DNA from: Planctomycetota bacterium
GTDB lineage: Bacteria > Planctomycetota > UBA11346
Length of the DNA: 64,000 bases
Reading direction: 5' to 3'
Assembly: GCA_038213805.1 (NCBI GenBank)
Contig: JBBQSO010000017.1
Coordinates: 1-64,000, forward strand
In this document: one piece after another, positions 10,501 to 22,294 of the stretch
How positions within the stretch are numbered: the stretch's first letter is position 1
Layout: each line of letters opens with the position of its first letter
Program-made: the position numbers and the translations under genes
Notes under the pieces: generated by a model
Database searches by the model: none
What the model saw: only the letters and a program-made list of their open reading frames with translations
Told to the model about the DNA's origin: nothing

Positions 10501-11350
10501 CGAGATGGTCAAGGTGTTCGTGGCGCGCAAGCTGACCCTCAAGGTCGGTGACAAGATGGCCGGCCGCCACGGCAACAAGGGCGTGATCTCGACGATCGTG
10601 CCCGAGGAGAACATGCCCTTCATCGAGGGCGGTCAGACCATCGACATCCTGCTCAACCCGCTCGGCGTGCCCTCGCGCATGAACGTCGGGCAGGTGCTTG
10701 AGACCCACCTCGGTTGGGCGGCCCGCGCGCTCGGCGTGCAGTGCGTCACCCCGGTGTTCGACGGCGCCAGCGAAGGCGACATCAAGGCCATGCTGCTCGA
10801 GGCGGGTCTGCCGCCCGAGGGCAAGGTCCACCTCTTCGATGGCCGCACCGGCGAGCGCATGCACCAGAAGACCACGGTCGGCGTGCTCTACATGCTCAAG
10901 CTGCATCACCTCGTCGAGGACAAGCTGCACGCCCGCGCGACCGGCTCGTACTCGCTGATCACCCAGCAGCCGCTCGGTGGCAAGGCGCGCTTCGGCGGCC
11001 AGCGCTTCGGTGAAATGGAGGTCTGGGCGCTCGAGGCCTACGGCGCGGCACACGTGCTGCAGGAGATCCTCACCGTCAAGTCCGACGACGTCGACGGACG
11101 CACGCGCATCTACGAGTCGATGGTCAAGGGCGATGGCTCGCTGACCTACGGCACGCCGATGGCCTTCGAGGTGCTGATGAACGAGATCCGCGGTCTCGGT
11201 CTCGACATCCGCCTGCACCGCCCGGAGGACATGTCCTTCGACGCGGCGCCGGCGACCCTCGACTTCGGCGCCCCGGCGCGCGCGCCGGAAGCGGCCGCGC
11301 CCGACGCGGACCTGGTGCCGGCGCCGGCACCCGACAAGGGCGGCGCCTGA
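7520..11350 (+). CDS. rpoB: RNA polymerase beta subunit
   Basis: DIDHLGNRR, LSALGPGGL, HDDANRALMG, GDKMAGRHGNKG, GGQRFGEMEVWAL. Confidence 0.99.
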   Translation: MQIRSFGNTKEVIPVPSLVNLQSKSYDDFLDTEAAPDVRNKVKGLEAIFQEFFPVTGYDDQVVVSYHGYLFTPPQHNIDECRDLGLTYQRGLKLKIRVSGQNHPTFKDVLEEDVHIGYFPIRIGGGEFIINGAERTIVTQIQRSPGVDFSSETGASGRRNYSCRIIPERGSWIQVEQTSKDILQVKIDKSAKVVATCFLRALNKDFGTTAAIIKHFFKTDTVSLAAKGAKEKAVGRILADDVFDKESGEALAKACEELSENSFENLKGLGVENVQLIIAGTKPDDILLNTLREDEASSHDEALLRIYRRLRPGNPTDEQKVREFFQDRFLNEQRYNLGAVGRFRINRKLKGSAEGRVLAVDDYLRALEYLLTLIRSNSSAGETDDIDHLGNRRVRPIADLLSDELRAAMLKLRRAVKEKLSRDLQAEDLAQALAPRNLFNNQAVDSAVQNFFQRGELSQVVDQSNLLSQLTHERRLSALGPGGLNRKRAGFEVRDVHTSHYGRICPIETPEGANIGLIVSLAIYSAVNEYGFLVTPYRKVTKGKVSDEIVYLMADEEAEAKIAQATVDLDKNGKIIQEICQVRFAGQFTEIPTEEVTYADVSPKQMIGVSAALIPFLEHDDANRALMGANMMRQAVPLLINEAPRIATGMEIDIPRSSSMVVIASEDGEVTSVDAKHITVAGHRYEMRKFHGLNERTCLNQTPIVNLGDKVAKGQIIADGGGTDNGQLALGKNILVAFMPYDGYNFEDAIVVNERLLAEDRFTSIHIEEFKVEIRETKLGKEEFTREIPGRSEESLRNLDERGFVRVGTSVRPGDVLVGKVTPKNKSELSPEEKLLHAIFGRAGEDVRDDSMVMKPGIRGVVTAVKRFQRRAALTEKDRKEEAARIKIIEDRFTKQMADIAREKFNQIWEVSGANVVNIETGEVVEYSAGMTDDEVLKLHRELPVTALNFVGSKRRRARAIYDESDPKIDEIKAACEKEIVNAKRGDDLPTGVLEMVKVFVARKLTLKVGDKMAGRHGNKGVISTIVPEENMPFIEGGQTIDILLNPLGVPSRMNVGQVLETHLGWAARALGVQCVTPVFDGASEGDIKAMLLEAGLPPEGKVHLFDGRTGERMHQKTTVGVLYMLKLHHLVEDKLHARATGSYSLITQQPLGGKARFGGQRFGEMEVWALEAYGAAHVLQEILTVKSDDVDGRTRIYESMVKGDGSLTYGTPMAFEVLMNEIRGLGLDIRLHRPEDMSFDAAPATLDFGAPARAPEAAAPDADLVPAPAPDKGGA

Positions 11351-11445
11351 CGCACGGGCGGCTCCTGAAGGCCGGGCCTGCGGGCCCGGCCGCGCTTCTC
11401 CTCTACTCCAATCCTGACGTCTCTCTTCCCGGGAAAGCCTAGCTC

Positions 11446-15565
<4,120 letters not shown>

Positions 15566-15579
<14 letters not shown>

Positions 15580-15943
15580 TCAGCTGATCCGCAAGGGGCG
15601 GCAGGCCCAGCGCAGCAAGAGCAAGAGCCCGCAGCTCGAGTCCAACCCGTTCAAGCGCGGCGTGTGCTTGCAGGTCAAGACCATGACCCCGAAGAAGCCG
15701 AACTCGGCGCTGCGCAAGATCGCGCGCGTGCGGCTCTCGAACGGCAAGGAGATCACCGCCTACATCGGTGGTGAGAAGCACAACCTGCAGGAGCACTCGC
15801 TGGTGCTCATCCGTGGCGGCCGCGTCCACGATCTGCCCGGCGTGCGCTACCACATCGTGCGCGGCAAGCTCGACTGCCAGGGCGTCCAGGGCCGCAACCA
15901 GGCCCGTTCGCAGTACGGCACCAAGCGTCCGAAGAAGAAGTGA
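15566..15943 (+). CDS. rpsL: 30S ribosomal protein S12
   Basis: GTG start [26 protein letters not shown]; overlaps rpoC by 14 nt. Confidence 0.98.
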
Positions 15944-16119
15944 CTTTCACTTGGGGGGCTACGGCCCCCCAAGAACGGCCTTCGGCCTGCCCCCCGACAC
16001 GGACTTCGGCAGGGTCTTCGACAGCTGCTTCCGGTGCCAATCTTTACAAATCTGCTTCCAAACACGCGGCCTAGCCGCAGTACCTCCGGGACCAGTTCCC
16101 GGGAAATAGGGAAAAAACC

Positions 16120-16722
16120 ATGCCGTTCCCCCCGCGCAAGCCTCGCGATGAAGCCGTTCCCCCCCAGCTCGAGCAGGGGCCCGACGCGGGTGCCGTCGAG
16201 ACCATCGTCAATGAGGATGGTTCGATCACCCTCGCCGAGAGCGGCGTGCCCAAGGGTCCGGCGCCCCAGCGCTGGACCGGTATCGGCGTCAAACCCGACG
16301 CCCGCTACGGCAGCCTGCTGGTCTCGAAATTCATCAACTGCCTGATGTACGACGGCAAGAAGAGCCTCGCTGAAGGCGTCTTCTACAGCGCCATGACGCA
16401 GATCGCCGACAAGCTCAAGGTTGATCCACTGCCGGTGTTCGAGCAGGGCATCGAGAACGCGAAGCCGCTCGTCGAAGTGCGCTCCAAGCGCATCGGCGGC
16501 GCCAACTACCAGGTCCCGGTCGAGGTCAACCGCAAGCGTCAGCAGACCCTCGCGATCCGCTGGATCCTCGAGGCGATCCGCGGCCGCAAGGGTCGTCCCA
16601 TCGCCGAGAAGCTCGCCCAGGAGCTGATCGACTGCTACAACAAGACCGGCACCACTGTGCAGAAGCGTGAGAACACGCACCGCATGGCCGAGGCCAACAA
16701 GGCTTTCAGCCACTTCGCCTGA
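16120..16722 (+). CDS. rpsG: 30S ribosomal protein S7 with N-terminal extension
   Basis: KFINCLMYDGKKS, EVRSKRIGGANYQVP, HRMAEANKAFSHF. Confidence 0.97.
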   Translation: MPFPPRKPRDEAVPPQLEQGPDAGAVETIVNEDGSITLAESGVPKGPAPQRWTGIGVKPDARYGSLLVSKFINCLMYDGKKSLAEGVFYSAMTQIADKLKVDPLPVFEQGIENAKPLVEVRSKRIGGANYQVPVEVNRKRQQTLAIRWILEAIRGRKGRPIAEKLAQELIDCYNKTGTTVQKRENTHRMAEANKAFSHFA

Positions 16723-16789
16723 GCGACGCGGTGTCAAGTGCAGCGGCCTAGGCCGCTGCATCCGACACCTGGCCAGCGGGTGAACAGGG

Positions 16790-16820
16790 ACAGGGGAGCG
16801 GGAGACCGCTTCCCTGTTTC
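16790..16820 (+). terminator. Putative intrinsic terminator after rpsG
   Basis: ACAGGGGAGCGG-GAGA-CCGCTTCCCTGT then TTC; GNRA loop, short U-tract; preceded by a second hairpin at 16730-16769. Confidence 0.55.
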
Positions 16821-16897
16821 CGTTGGTGGCGCCGGCATGCGCAGACTTTCGTTTGCGCCACCCTTCCGCAGAGCATGCAGCTACGCACGATGGCGGA

Positions 16898-17596
16898 ATG
16901 CGTCGCGCAGCGTACTGCGGTGGAAGTGGCGGGTGTCGGCGGAGCCCAATACGCCGGCGCGCCTTCACGCTCATCGAACTGCTCATGGTCGTGGCCATCG
17001 TCGGCCTCCTCGCCGCCCTGGTGCTGCCGGTGGTCGGCTGGGTGCGCGTGTTGTCGATGCGCGTCGCGTGCATGGGCAATCTCGAGCAGCTCAGCGGCGT
17101 GCTGCTGGCCTACGCCGACGACCACGCCAACGTCATCCCCGCGTCCGCGAACCACGGCATCACCGACGCGGCCAGCAGTCCCGCCTGGTTCTATCGGCTG
17201 CCGGCCTTCCTTGGCCAGGTCGGGATGCGCACGCGGCGCAGCATCTTCCAATGCGCCGCGTACGCTCACCGGGAGCCCCGCTATTTCACCAGCGCGTCGC
17301 CGAAGAGCCTGAAGATGAATTGCCGGCTCGACGACGAGGGTCGGCCCTGGTGCTTCCTGCTGGACAGCGTCAGCGATGCCTCGTCGCTGATGCTGTTCAT
17401 CGACGGCGTGGCGGGCGAGACCGGCATGGGCCAATGGGGTGATGCGCACCCGACCGGGGTCGACGATCGGCGTCATCAGGGGCGGGTGAACGTGCTCTAC
17501 GCCGACGGCCACTCGCGCGCGGTGGTGCGCGCCCCGGCCGACCACGACTGGGAAAAGGCGATCACGTGGAAGAGCGCCGATTGGGCGCCGCCCTAA
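16898..17596 (+). CDS. Prepilin-type N-terminal cleavage / H-X9-DG (DUF1559-like) protein
   Basis: RRRAFTLIELLMVVAIVGLLAALVLP and C-terminal RHQGRVNVLYADGH; start uncertain. Confidence 0.88.
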   Translation: MRRAAYCGGSGGCRRSPIRRRAFTLIELLMVVAIVGLLAALVLPVVGWVRVLSMRVACMGNLEQLSGVLLAYADDHANVIPASANHGITDAASSPAWFYRLPAFLGQVGMRTRRSIFQCAAYAHREPRYFTSASPKSLKMNCRLDDEGRPWCFLLDSVSDASSLMLFIDGVAGETGMGQWGDAHPTGVDDRRHQGRVNVLYADGHSRAVVRAPADHDWEKAITWKSADWAPP

Positions 17597-17600
17597 GTTT

Positions 17601-18104
17601 TCAGGCCGGCTTGCCCGGGACGTAGGCCGGCGAGCCGGGCCCCTTGCCGAGCGGCAGGACCTCGGGCCGGGCCAGGAAGCCGTTGATCTTCAGGCTGGTC
17701 AGGCGGGCCACCACCGCGGGCAGTTTGAAGTCCTGCAGGCCGATCATGGTGTGGGTGTTGTTGATCGAGATGCGACCGAGCGGCAGCGCGTCGGCGGTGG
17801 CCATGATCTTGCGCAGCTGGCCGATGCTCAGGCCGTGATTGCGGCCGATGGCCAGCTTCAACCACTGCCATTGCCAGCCGATCAGGCGGGTTGGGCCGAT
17901 GCGTTCGAGGCGCTCGCGCGCCTGCTTGCCAAGGTCGGCTGGGACGTCGACGAAGCCTTCGCCTTCAAGCACGGCGACCGGGCCGAGGCTCGCTGCCTCC
18001 ATGCCGGACAGTCGGGCCAGTTCGCCCGGCGTGTAGCTCTCGCCGCGCGGCAGGTGCACCGAGATGCGCACGAAACCGGGGGCGGGATCGGGAAGGCTGT
18101 CCAT
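17601..18104 (-). CDS. Stand-alone protein with two DbpA-type RNA-binding domains
   Basis: Two units resembling the DbpA/DeaD C-terminal RBD: VRISVHLPRGESYTPGEL..LGPVAV..FVDVP and LKLAIGRNHGLSIGQL..LGRISINNTHTMIGL. Confidence 0.6.
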   Translation of the reverse strand: MDSLPDPAPGFVRISVHLPRGESYTPGELARLSGMEAASLGPVAVLEGEGFVDVPADLGKQARERLERIGPTRLIGWQWQWLKLAIGRNHGLSIGQLRKIMATADALPLGRISINNTHTMIGLQDFKLPAVVARLTSLKINGFLARPEVLPLGKGPGSPAYVPGKPA

Positions 18105-18130
18105 GGGCGGGACGGTAGGGCGTGGGAGGT

Positions 18131-18156
18131 GGTCCGGAAGTCCGGAAGTCCGGACC
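18131..18156. repeat. Short tandem repeat (GTCCGGAA)x2-3 in divergent promoter region
   Basis: ggtccggaagtccggaagtccggacc. Confidence 0.7.
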
Positions 18157-18198
18157 CTCGCCCCTGGTTAGTCCGCCGCTCTCCGGTACGACGCGGGC

Positions 18199-19572
18199 AT
18201 GACCAGCGTGCGCTACCATTTCTCCGGGATCGCCGGCGCCGGGATGAATCCGCTCGCGCAGCTGATGCGCGCCTGGGGGCACGCGGTGCAGGGTTCCGAC
18301 CGCTCGCTCGACCAGGGCAAGCATGCGGAGCTGGCCGCGCGGCTGCGCGCCCAGGGCATTGAGCTGGTGCCGCAGGACGGCGCCGCGGTGGGTGCGCAGG
18401 TCCAGCGCTTCATCTATTCGACCGCGGTGGAGCAAGACACGCCTGAGGTGCGTGCGGCGCGCGCCGCCGGGGTGCCGCTGGTCGCGCGCCCGCAGCTGCT
18501 CGCGGAGGTCGTCAATGCCGCCACGCCGGGCGTGGCCATCGCCGGAACCTCGGGCAAGAGCACCATCACCGGCATGGTGGCGTGGATCCTGCGTCAGGCC
18601 GGCGTGGGCGCGACCGTGCTCGGCGGCGCAGCGCTTGCCGGCGAGGACGCGGGCGCCGGCTTCGTCGCCGGCCCGCTGGGCGGCCCGGTGATCGCCGAGG
18701 CCTGCGAGGCGAGCAATGCCCTCGCCGACTACCGGCCAGCCATCGGCCTGATCCACAACATCAGCCGCGACCACGCCGAACTCGACGCGCTGCACCGCCA
18801 GTTCGACGCTTTCGCCGTGCAGAGCGGCACGCTGCTGGTGAATGCCGGTTGTGCGGAGGCGCTCAAGGCCGCGGTGGGCCATCCGCGTGTGCGCCGCTAT
18901 GGCGTGGGTGCGGCCGCGGATCTGCCGCTCGAAATCATCAGCACCGGCCCGCGCACCAGCCAGGGCGTGCTCGGACTGGGTGCCGCCGGCGAGCTGGTAT
19001 TCACCTTGCCGCATCCCGGCGCGCACAACCTTGAGAATGCCGCGGCCGCGGCGGCCATCGCCCTGGAGCTGGGCGTGGCGCCGCCGGTGATCGCCACCGC
19101 GCTCGCCACCTTTCCGGGGGTGGCGCGCCGCTTCGAGGTCATCGGCACCACCGACACCGGCATCCGCGTGGTCGACGACTACGCGCACAACGGCGAAAAG
19201 ATCCGCGCCGTGCTGACCGCCGCGCAGGCCGGCTGCGAGCGCCTGGTCGCGGTCTTCCAGCCGCACGGCTACGGTCCCGCGCGCTTCCTGCGCGACGAGC
19301 TCAAGGAACTGCTGCCGCGCGTGCTGCGCCCGCAGGACCGCTTCTGCTACGCCGAGATCTTCTACGCCGGCGGCACGGTCGCGCAGGACATCAGCAGCCG
19401 CGACCTGGCCCGCGACCTGCCCGCGGAGCTGCGCTGCGGGCACGCCGTAAACCACACCGCGCTGCTCGGTTGGCTCGCCGAGACCGCGCAGAGCGGCGAT
19501 ACCGTGCTGATCATGGGCGCGCGCGATCCGGAACTGCCGCGTCTGGCCCGGGCGGTGCATGGGGTGCTGTGA
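18199..19572 (+). CDS. Mur ligase, MurC/Mpl-like
   Basis: HFSGIAGAGM..GSD, IAGTSGKSTIT, NISRDH, RRFE, VVDDYAHN, VFQPH, IMGAR. Confidence 0.88.
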   Translation: MTSVRYHFSGIAGAGMNPLAQLMRAWGHAVQGSDRSLDQGKHAELAARLRAQGIELVPQDGAAVGAQVQRFIYSTAVEQDTPEVRAARAAGVPLVARPQLLAEVVNAATPGVAIAGTSGKSTITGMVAWILRQAGVGATVLGGAALAGEDAGAGFVAGPLGGPVIAEACEASNALADYRPAIGLIHNISRDHAELDALHRQFDAFAVQSGTLLVNAGCAEALKAAVGHPRVRRYGVGAAADLPLEIISTGPRTSQGVLGLGAAGELVFTLPHPGAHNLENAAAAAAIALELGVAPPVIATALATFPGVARRFEVIGTTDTGIRVVDDYAHNGEKIRAVLTAAQAGCERLVAVFQPHGYGPARFLRDELKELLPRVLRPQDRFCYAEIFYAGGTVAQDISSRDLARDLPAELRCGHAVNHTALLGWLAETAQSGDTVLIMGARDPELPRLARAVHGVL

Positions 19573-19685
19573 GGCGGGACGCCAGGACTTGGATGCGGGC
19601 AACGGACGGCGAGAGGCGAGGAGCGCGGCGATGGACCTCAATGATCGGCCAGCCTTGAACAGCGCATGCTGATGAGCGGGCGCGC

Positions 19686-20945
19686 ATGAGCATGCGCGAG
19701 GACGCCTTGGCGCTGCTCGCAGCGGAACTGCCGGACGGGCCGGCGCTGCTCGCGGCGCTCGCGTTACCGTTCCGGCGTTCCATCCGGTTGCATCCGCTGC
19801 GCGGTACGCCGACTGGGTGGGGAGAGCTGACGGCGGTGCCGTGGCATGGGGCGGGGCGTTTCACGGTGGGCAGTGCGGATCCCGCTGGGTTCCTCGACTA
19901 CCACACCGGTCTCGCGTATCCGCAGGACGCGGCCAGCCAGGTGCCGGTGCTGCTGCTCGCGCCGCGGCCGGGTGAGGTAGTGGTCGATGCCTGCGCCGCG
20001 CCGGGCTCGAAAAGCACGCAGATCGGGCTGGCGCTCGGCGACAGCGGGCTGCTCATCTGCTGCGACGCCTCGGCGCCGCGCCGCGCGGTGCTGACCGAGA
20101 ACCTGGCGCGCCAGGGCGTGGCCTGCGCGCTGGTCACGCCGCTGCCGGTGCACGCGCTGGCCGAGCGTCATGGCGGGTGCGCCGACGCGCTGCTCGTCGA
20201 CGCGCCGTGCAGCGGCCACGAATCGCGCTCACCGCGCCAGGTTGCGCGCATGGCCGAGCGCCAGCTCGCACTGCTCACTGCCGCCGCGCCGCTGGTGCGC
20301 GCCGGCGGCCGCCTGGTCTACAGCACCTGCACGCCCTACCGCGAGGAGGACGAGGGCGTGATCGCGGCTTTCCTGGCCGCGCATCCGCAGTGGCGGGCGG
20401 AGGCGGTGGCGCTGCCCGGGATCGACGCCGATCTCGCCGGTCTGGGAGCGCTGCGCTTGTGGCCGCAGCGGCAGGGCACCGAGCCGTTCTTCGCCTGCCG
20501 CCTGGTGCGCGCCGAGGCGCCACCGGCGGCCCTGCCCCTGGCCGGTGTGCTGCCGGCGGGGGATCCGGCGCTCGGGCAGTGGCTGCCCGGCTCGACGCTG
20601 CACACCTGGCGGCGCGGCAATGCCCTGCTCGCCGCCACTCCGCTGGTCGCCGCCTGCGCGCTGCCCGCCGAGGCGCGCGGCCTGCTCCTCGGCCACGGGA
20701 GCGGCGCCGGGTTCCATCTTGAACCCTGGGCCGCGCAGGCGCTCATCACGCGGGGTGCACCCGCGCAGATCATCGCCCACGCGCAGGCGTGCAGGTTGTG
20801 GGCCGGCGAAACCGGCGCGTTGATCGGCAAGGCCGGCGATCTGATCAGGACTGACCAGGGCGCCCCGCTGGGCATCCTCGGCGGCCTCGCCGGCGACACG
20901 CGCCTGGTGATGCCCAGCCGGATGCGGCGGAGCGGATTGCGTTAG
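19686..20945 (+). CDS. RsmB/RsmF (NOL1/NOP2) RNA m5C methyltransferase
   Basis: QDAAS, DACAAPGSKS, DAPCSG, YSTCT. Confidence 0.9.
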   Translation: MSMREDALALLAAELPDGPALLAALALPFRRSIRLHPLRGTPTGWGELTAVPWHGAGRFTVGSADPAGFLDYHTGLAYPQDAASQVPVLLLAPRPGEVVVDACAAPGSKSTQIGLALGDSGLLICCDASAPRRAVLTENLARQGVACALVTPLPVHALAERHGGCADALLVDAPCSGHESRSPRQVARMAERQLALLTAAAPLVRAGGRLVYSTCTPYREEDEGVIAAFLAAHPQWRAEAVALPGIDADLAGLGALRLWPQRQGTEPFFACRLVRAEAPPAALPLAGVLPAGDPALGQWLPGSTLHTWRRGNALLAATPLVAACALPAEARGLLLGHGSGAGFHLEPWAAQALITRGAPAQIIAHAQACRLWAGETGALIGKAGDLIRTDQGAPLGILGGLAGDTRLVMPSRMRRSGLR

Positions 20946-20955
20946 GCGCCGCGCC

Positions 20956-22245
20956 CTACGCGAACTCCAGGCCCTTCATCGTCCCGGTGCCCGACGAGAA
21001 TGCGTCCACCTGAATACCCAGACGCTGCAGCATGCTCACGTGCAGATTGGTCAGCGGATAATTCTTCTTCCGGTCGAACGCCAGGTGCTGCCCGTGCTTG
21101 AAGCCACCACCCGCGAGCAGCACCGGCAAATTGTCGTTCGCGTGCGAGTTGGCCGAGCCCATGTTGGTGCCGTACAGCACCATGGTGGTGTCGAGCAGCG
21201 AGCCGTGCGGCTCGTGCGTCGCAGCCAGGCCGCGCAGCAGCGTGGCAAGTTCGCGGAATTGCGCCTCTTCGATGAGTTTCAGCATCGCCAGCTTCTCGGG
21301 GCGGTTGCCGTGGTGGGTGAGCTGGTGGGTGCCTTCGTTGACGCCGGCGATGTCCGGGCGCACGAAGTCCTGACTGATGTACATGGTGATGATGCGCGTC
21401 GCGTCGCTGGCCAGGGCCAGGCGCGCGAGCTCGAACATGGTGCGGGTGCGCGGGATCACCGCGCCGCGGTCGTTGCTGTCGGACGGTGCAGGCGCGTCGA
21501 TGCGCGGCTTGGGCTTGTGCTCCCACTCTTCCGCCACCACCAGGCGGCGCTCGAGCTCGCGCAGTGCCGTGCAGTACTGGTCGACCTTGGCGCGGTCGTC
21601 GGCACCGATTTGCGCGGACAGGTTCTTGGCCCGCTCGCCCACCTGATCGAGGATGCTGCGCTCTTCGCGCAGGCGTGCGACCTGGGCGTCGACATCGTCG
21701 GGGGTGCCCTGCACGAACAGACGCTTGAACAGCTGCGATGGCCGGTCCTCGCCCGGCAGCATCACCCCGGCGCCGGTGAACGACAGGCTGCGCTGGGTGT
21801 CGACCGCGAGCGACAGCGAAGGGTGACGGGTGAGCAGGCCGACGCGCTCGGCCGCGAACTGGTCGAGCGAGATCGAATTGCGGAAGCCGCCGCGGCCGGG
21901 ATGACTGGCGCCGGTTAGGAAGCACAGTTCGGCGCCGTGGCCGCCGTCGACCTCGGGCAGCGACACGCCGGACAGCACGGTCATCTGCGCGCGCGTGTCC
22001 TTGAGGATGTCGAGATAGGGCGGGGCCTGGTAGTCGCGGCCCGCGGCCTCGGGGAAGAAGTGCTGGGGCAGGATGCCCTGGTTGGTCTCGATGCAGAACA
22101 TGCGACGCGGCACCGCGGTGGCGGGCGGCGCCGGCTCGGCGGAGAACGCGGGGACCATGGCGTCGAGGAAGGGCAGCGCGAGCGCCACGCCCAGGCCCTT
22201 GAGCATGGTGCGGCGCGACAGCGGTCGGTTGCGGAGCGGGTTCAT
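20956..22245 (-). CDS. DUF1552 family protein (Tat-like signal)
   Basis: LSRRTMLKGLGVALALPFLDAM, NSISLDQ, SILD, H-x-LTHHG, GSLLDTT, NLPVLLAGG. Confidence 0.9.
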   Translation of the reverse strand: MNPLRNRPLSRRTMLKGLGVALALPFLDAMVPAFSAEPAPPATAVPRRMFCIETNQGILPQHFFPEAAGRDYQAPPYLDILKDTRAQMTVLSGVSLPEVDGGHGAELCFLTGASHPGRGGFRNSISLDQFAAERVGLLTRHPSLSLAVDTQRSLSFTGAGVMLPGEDRPSQLFKRLFVQGTPDDVDAQVARLREERSILDQVGERAKNLSAQIGADDRAKVDQYCTALRELERRLVVAEEWEHKPKPRIDAPAPSDSNDRGAVIPRTRTMFELARLALASDATRIITMYISQDFVRPDIAGVNEGTHQLTHHGNRPEKLAMLKLIEEAQFRELATLLRGLAATHEPHGSLLDTTMVLYGTNMGSANSHANDNLPVLLAGGGFKHGQHLAFDRKKNYPLTNLHVSMLQRLGIQVDAFSSGTGTMKGLEFA

Positions 22246-22294
22246 CGGGTCACCACCGTGGGAGCAGGACTGGTCAGGGAGGGGACGGCCGTGG

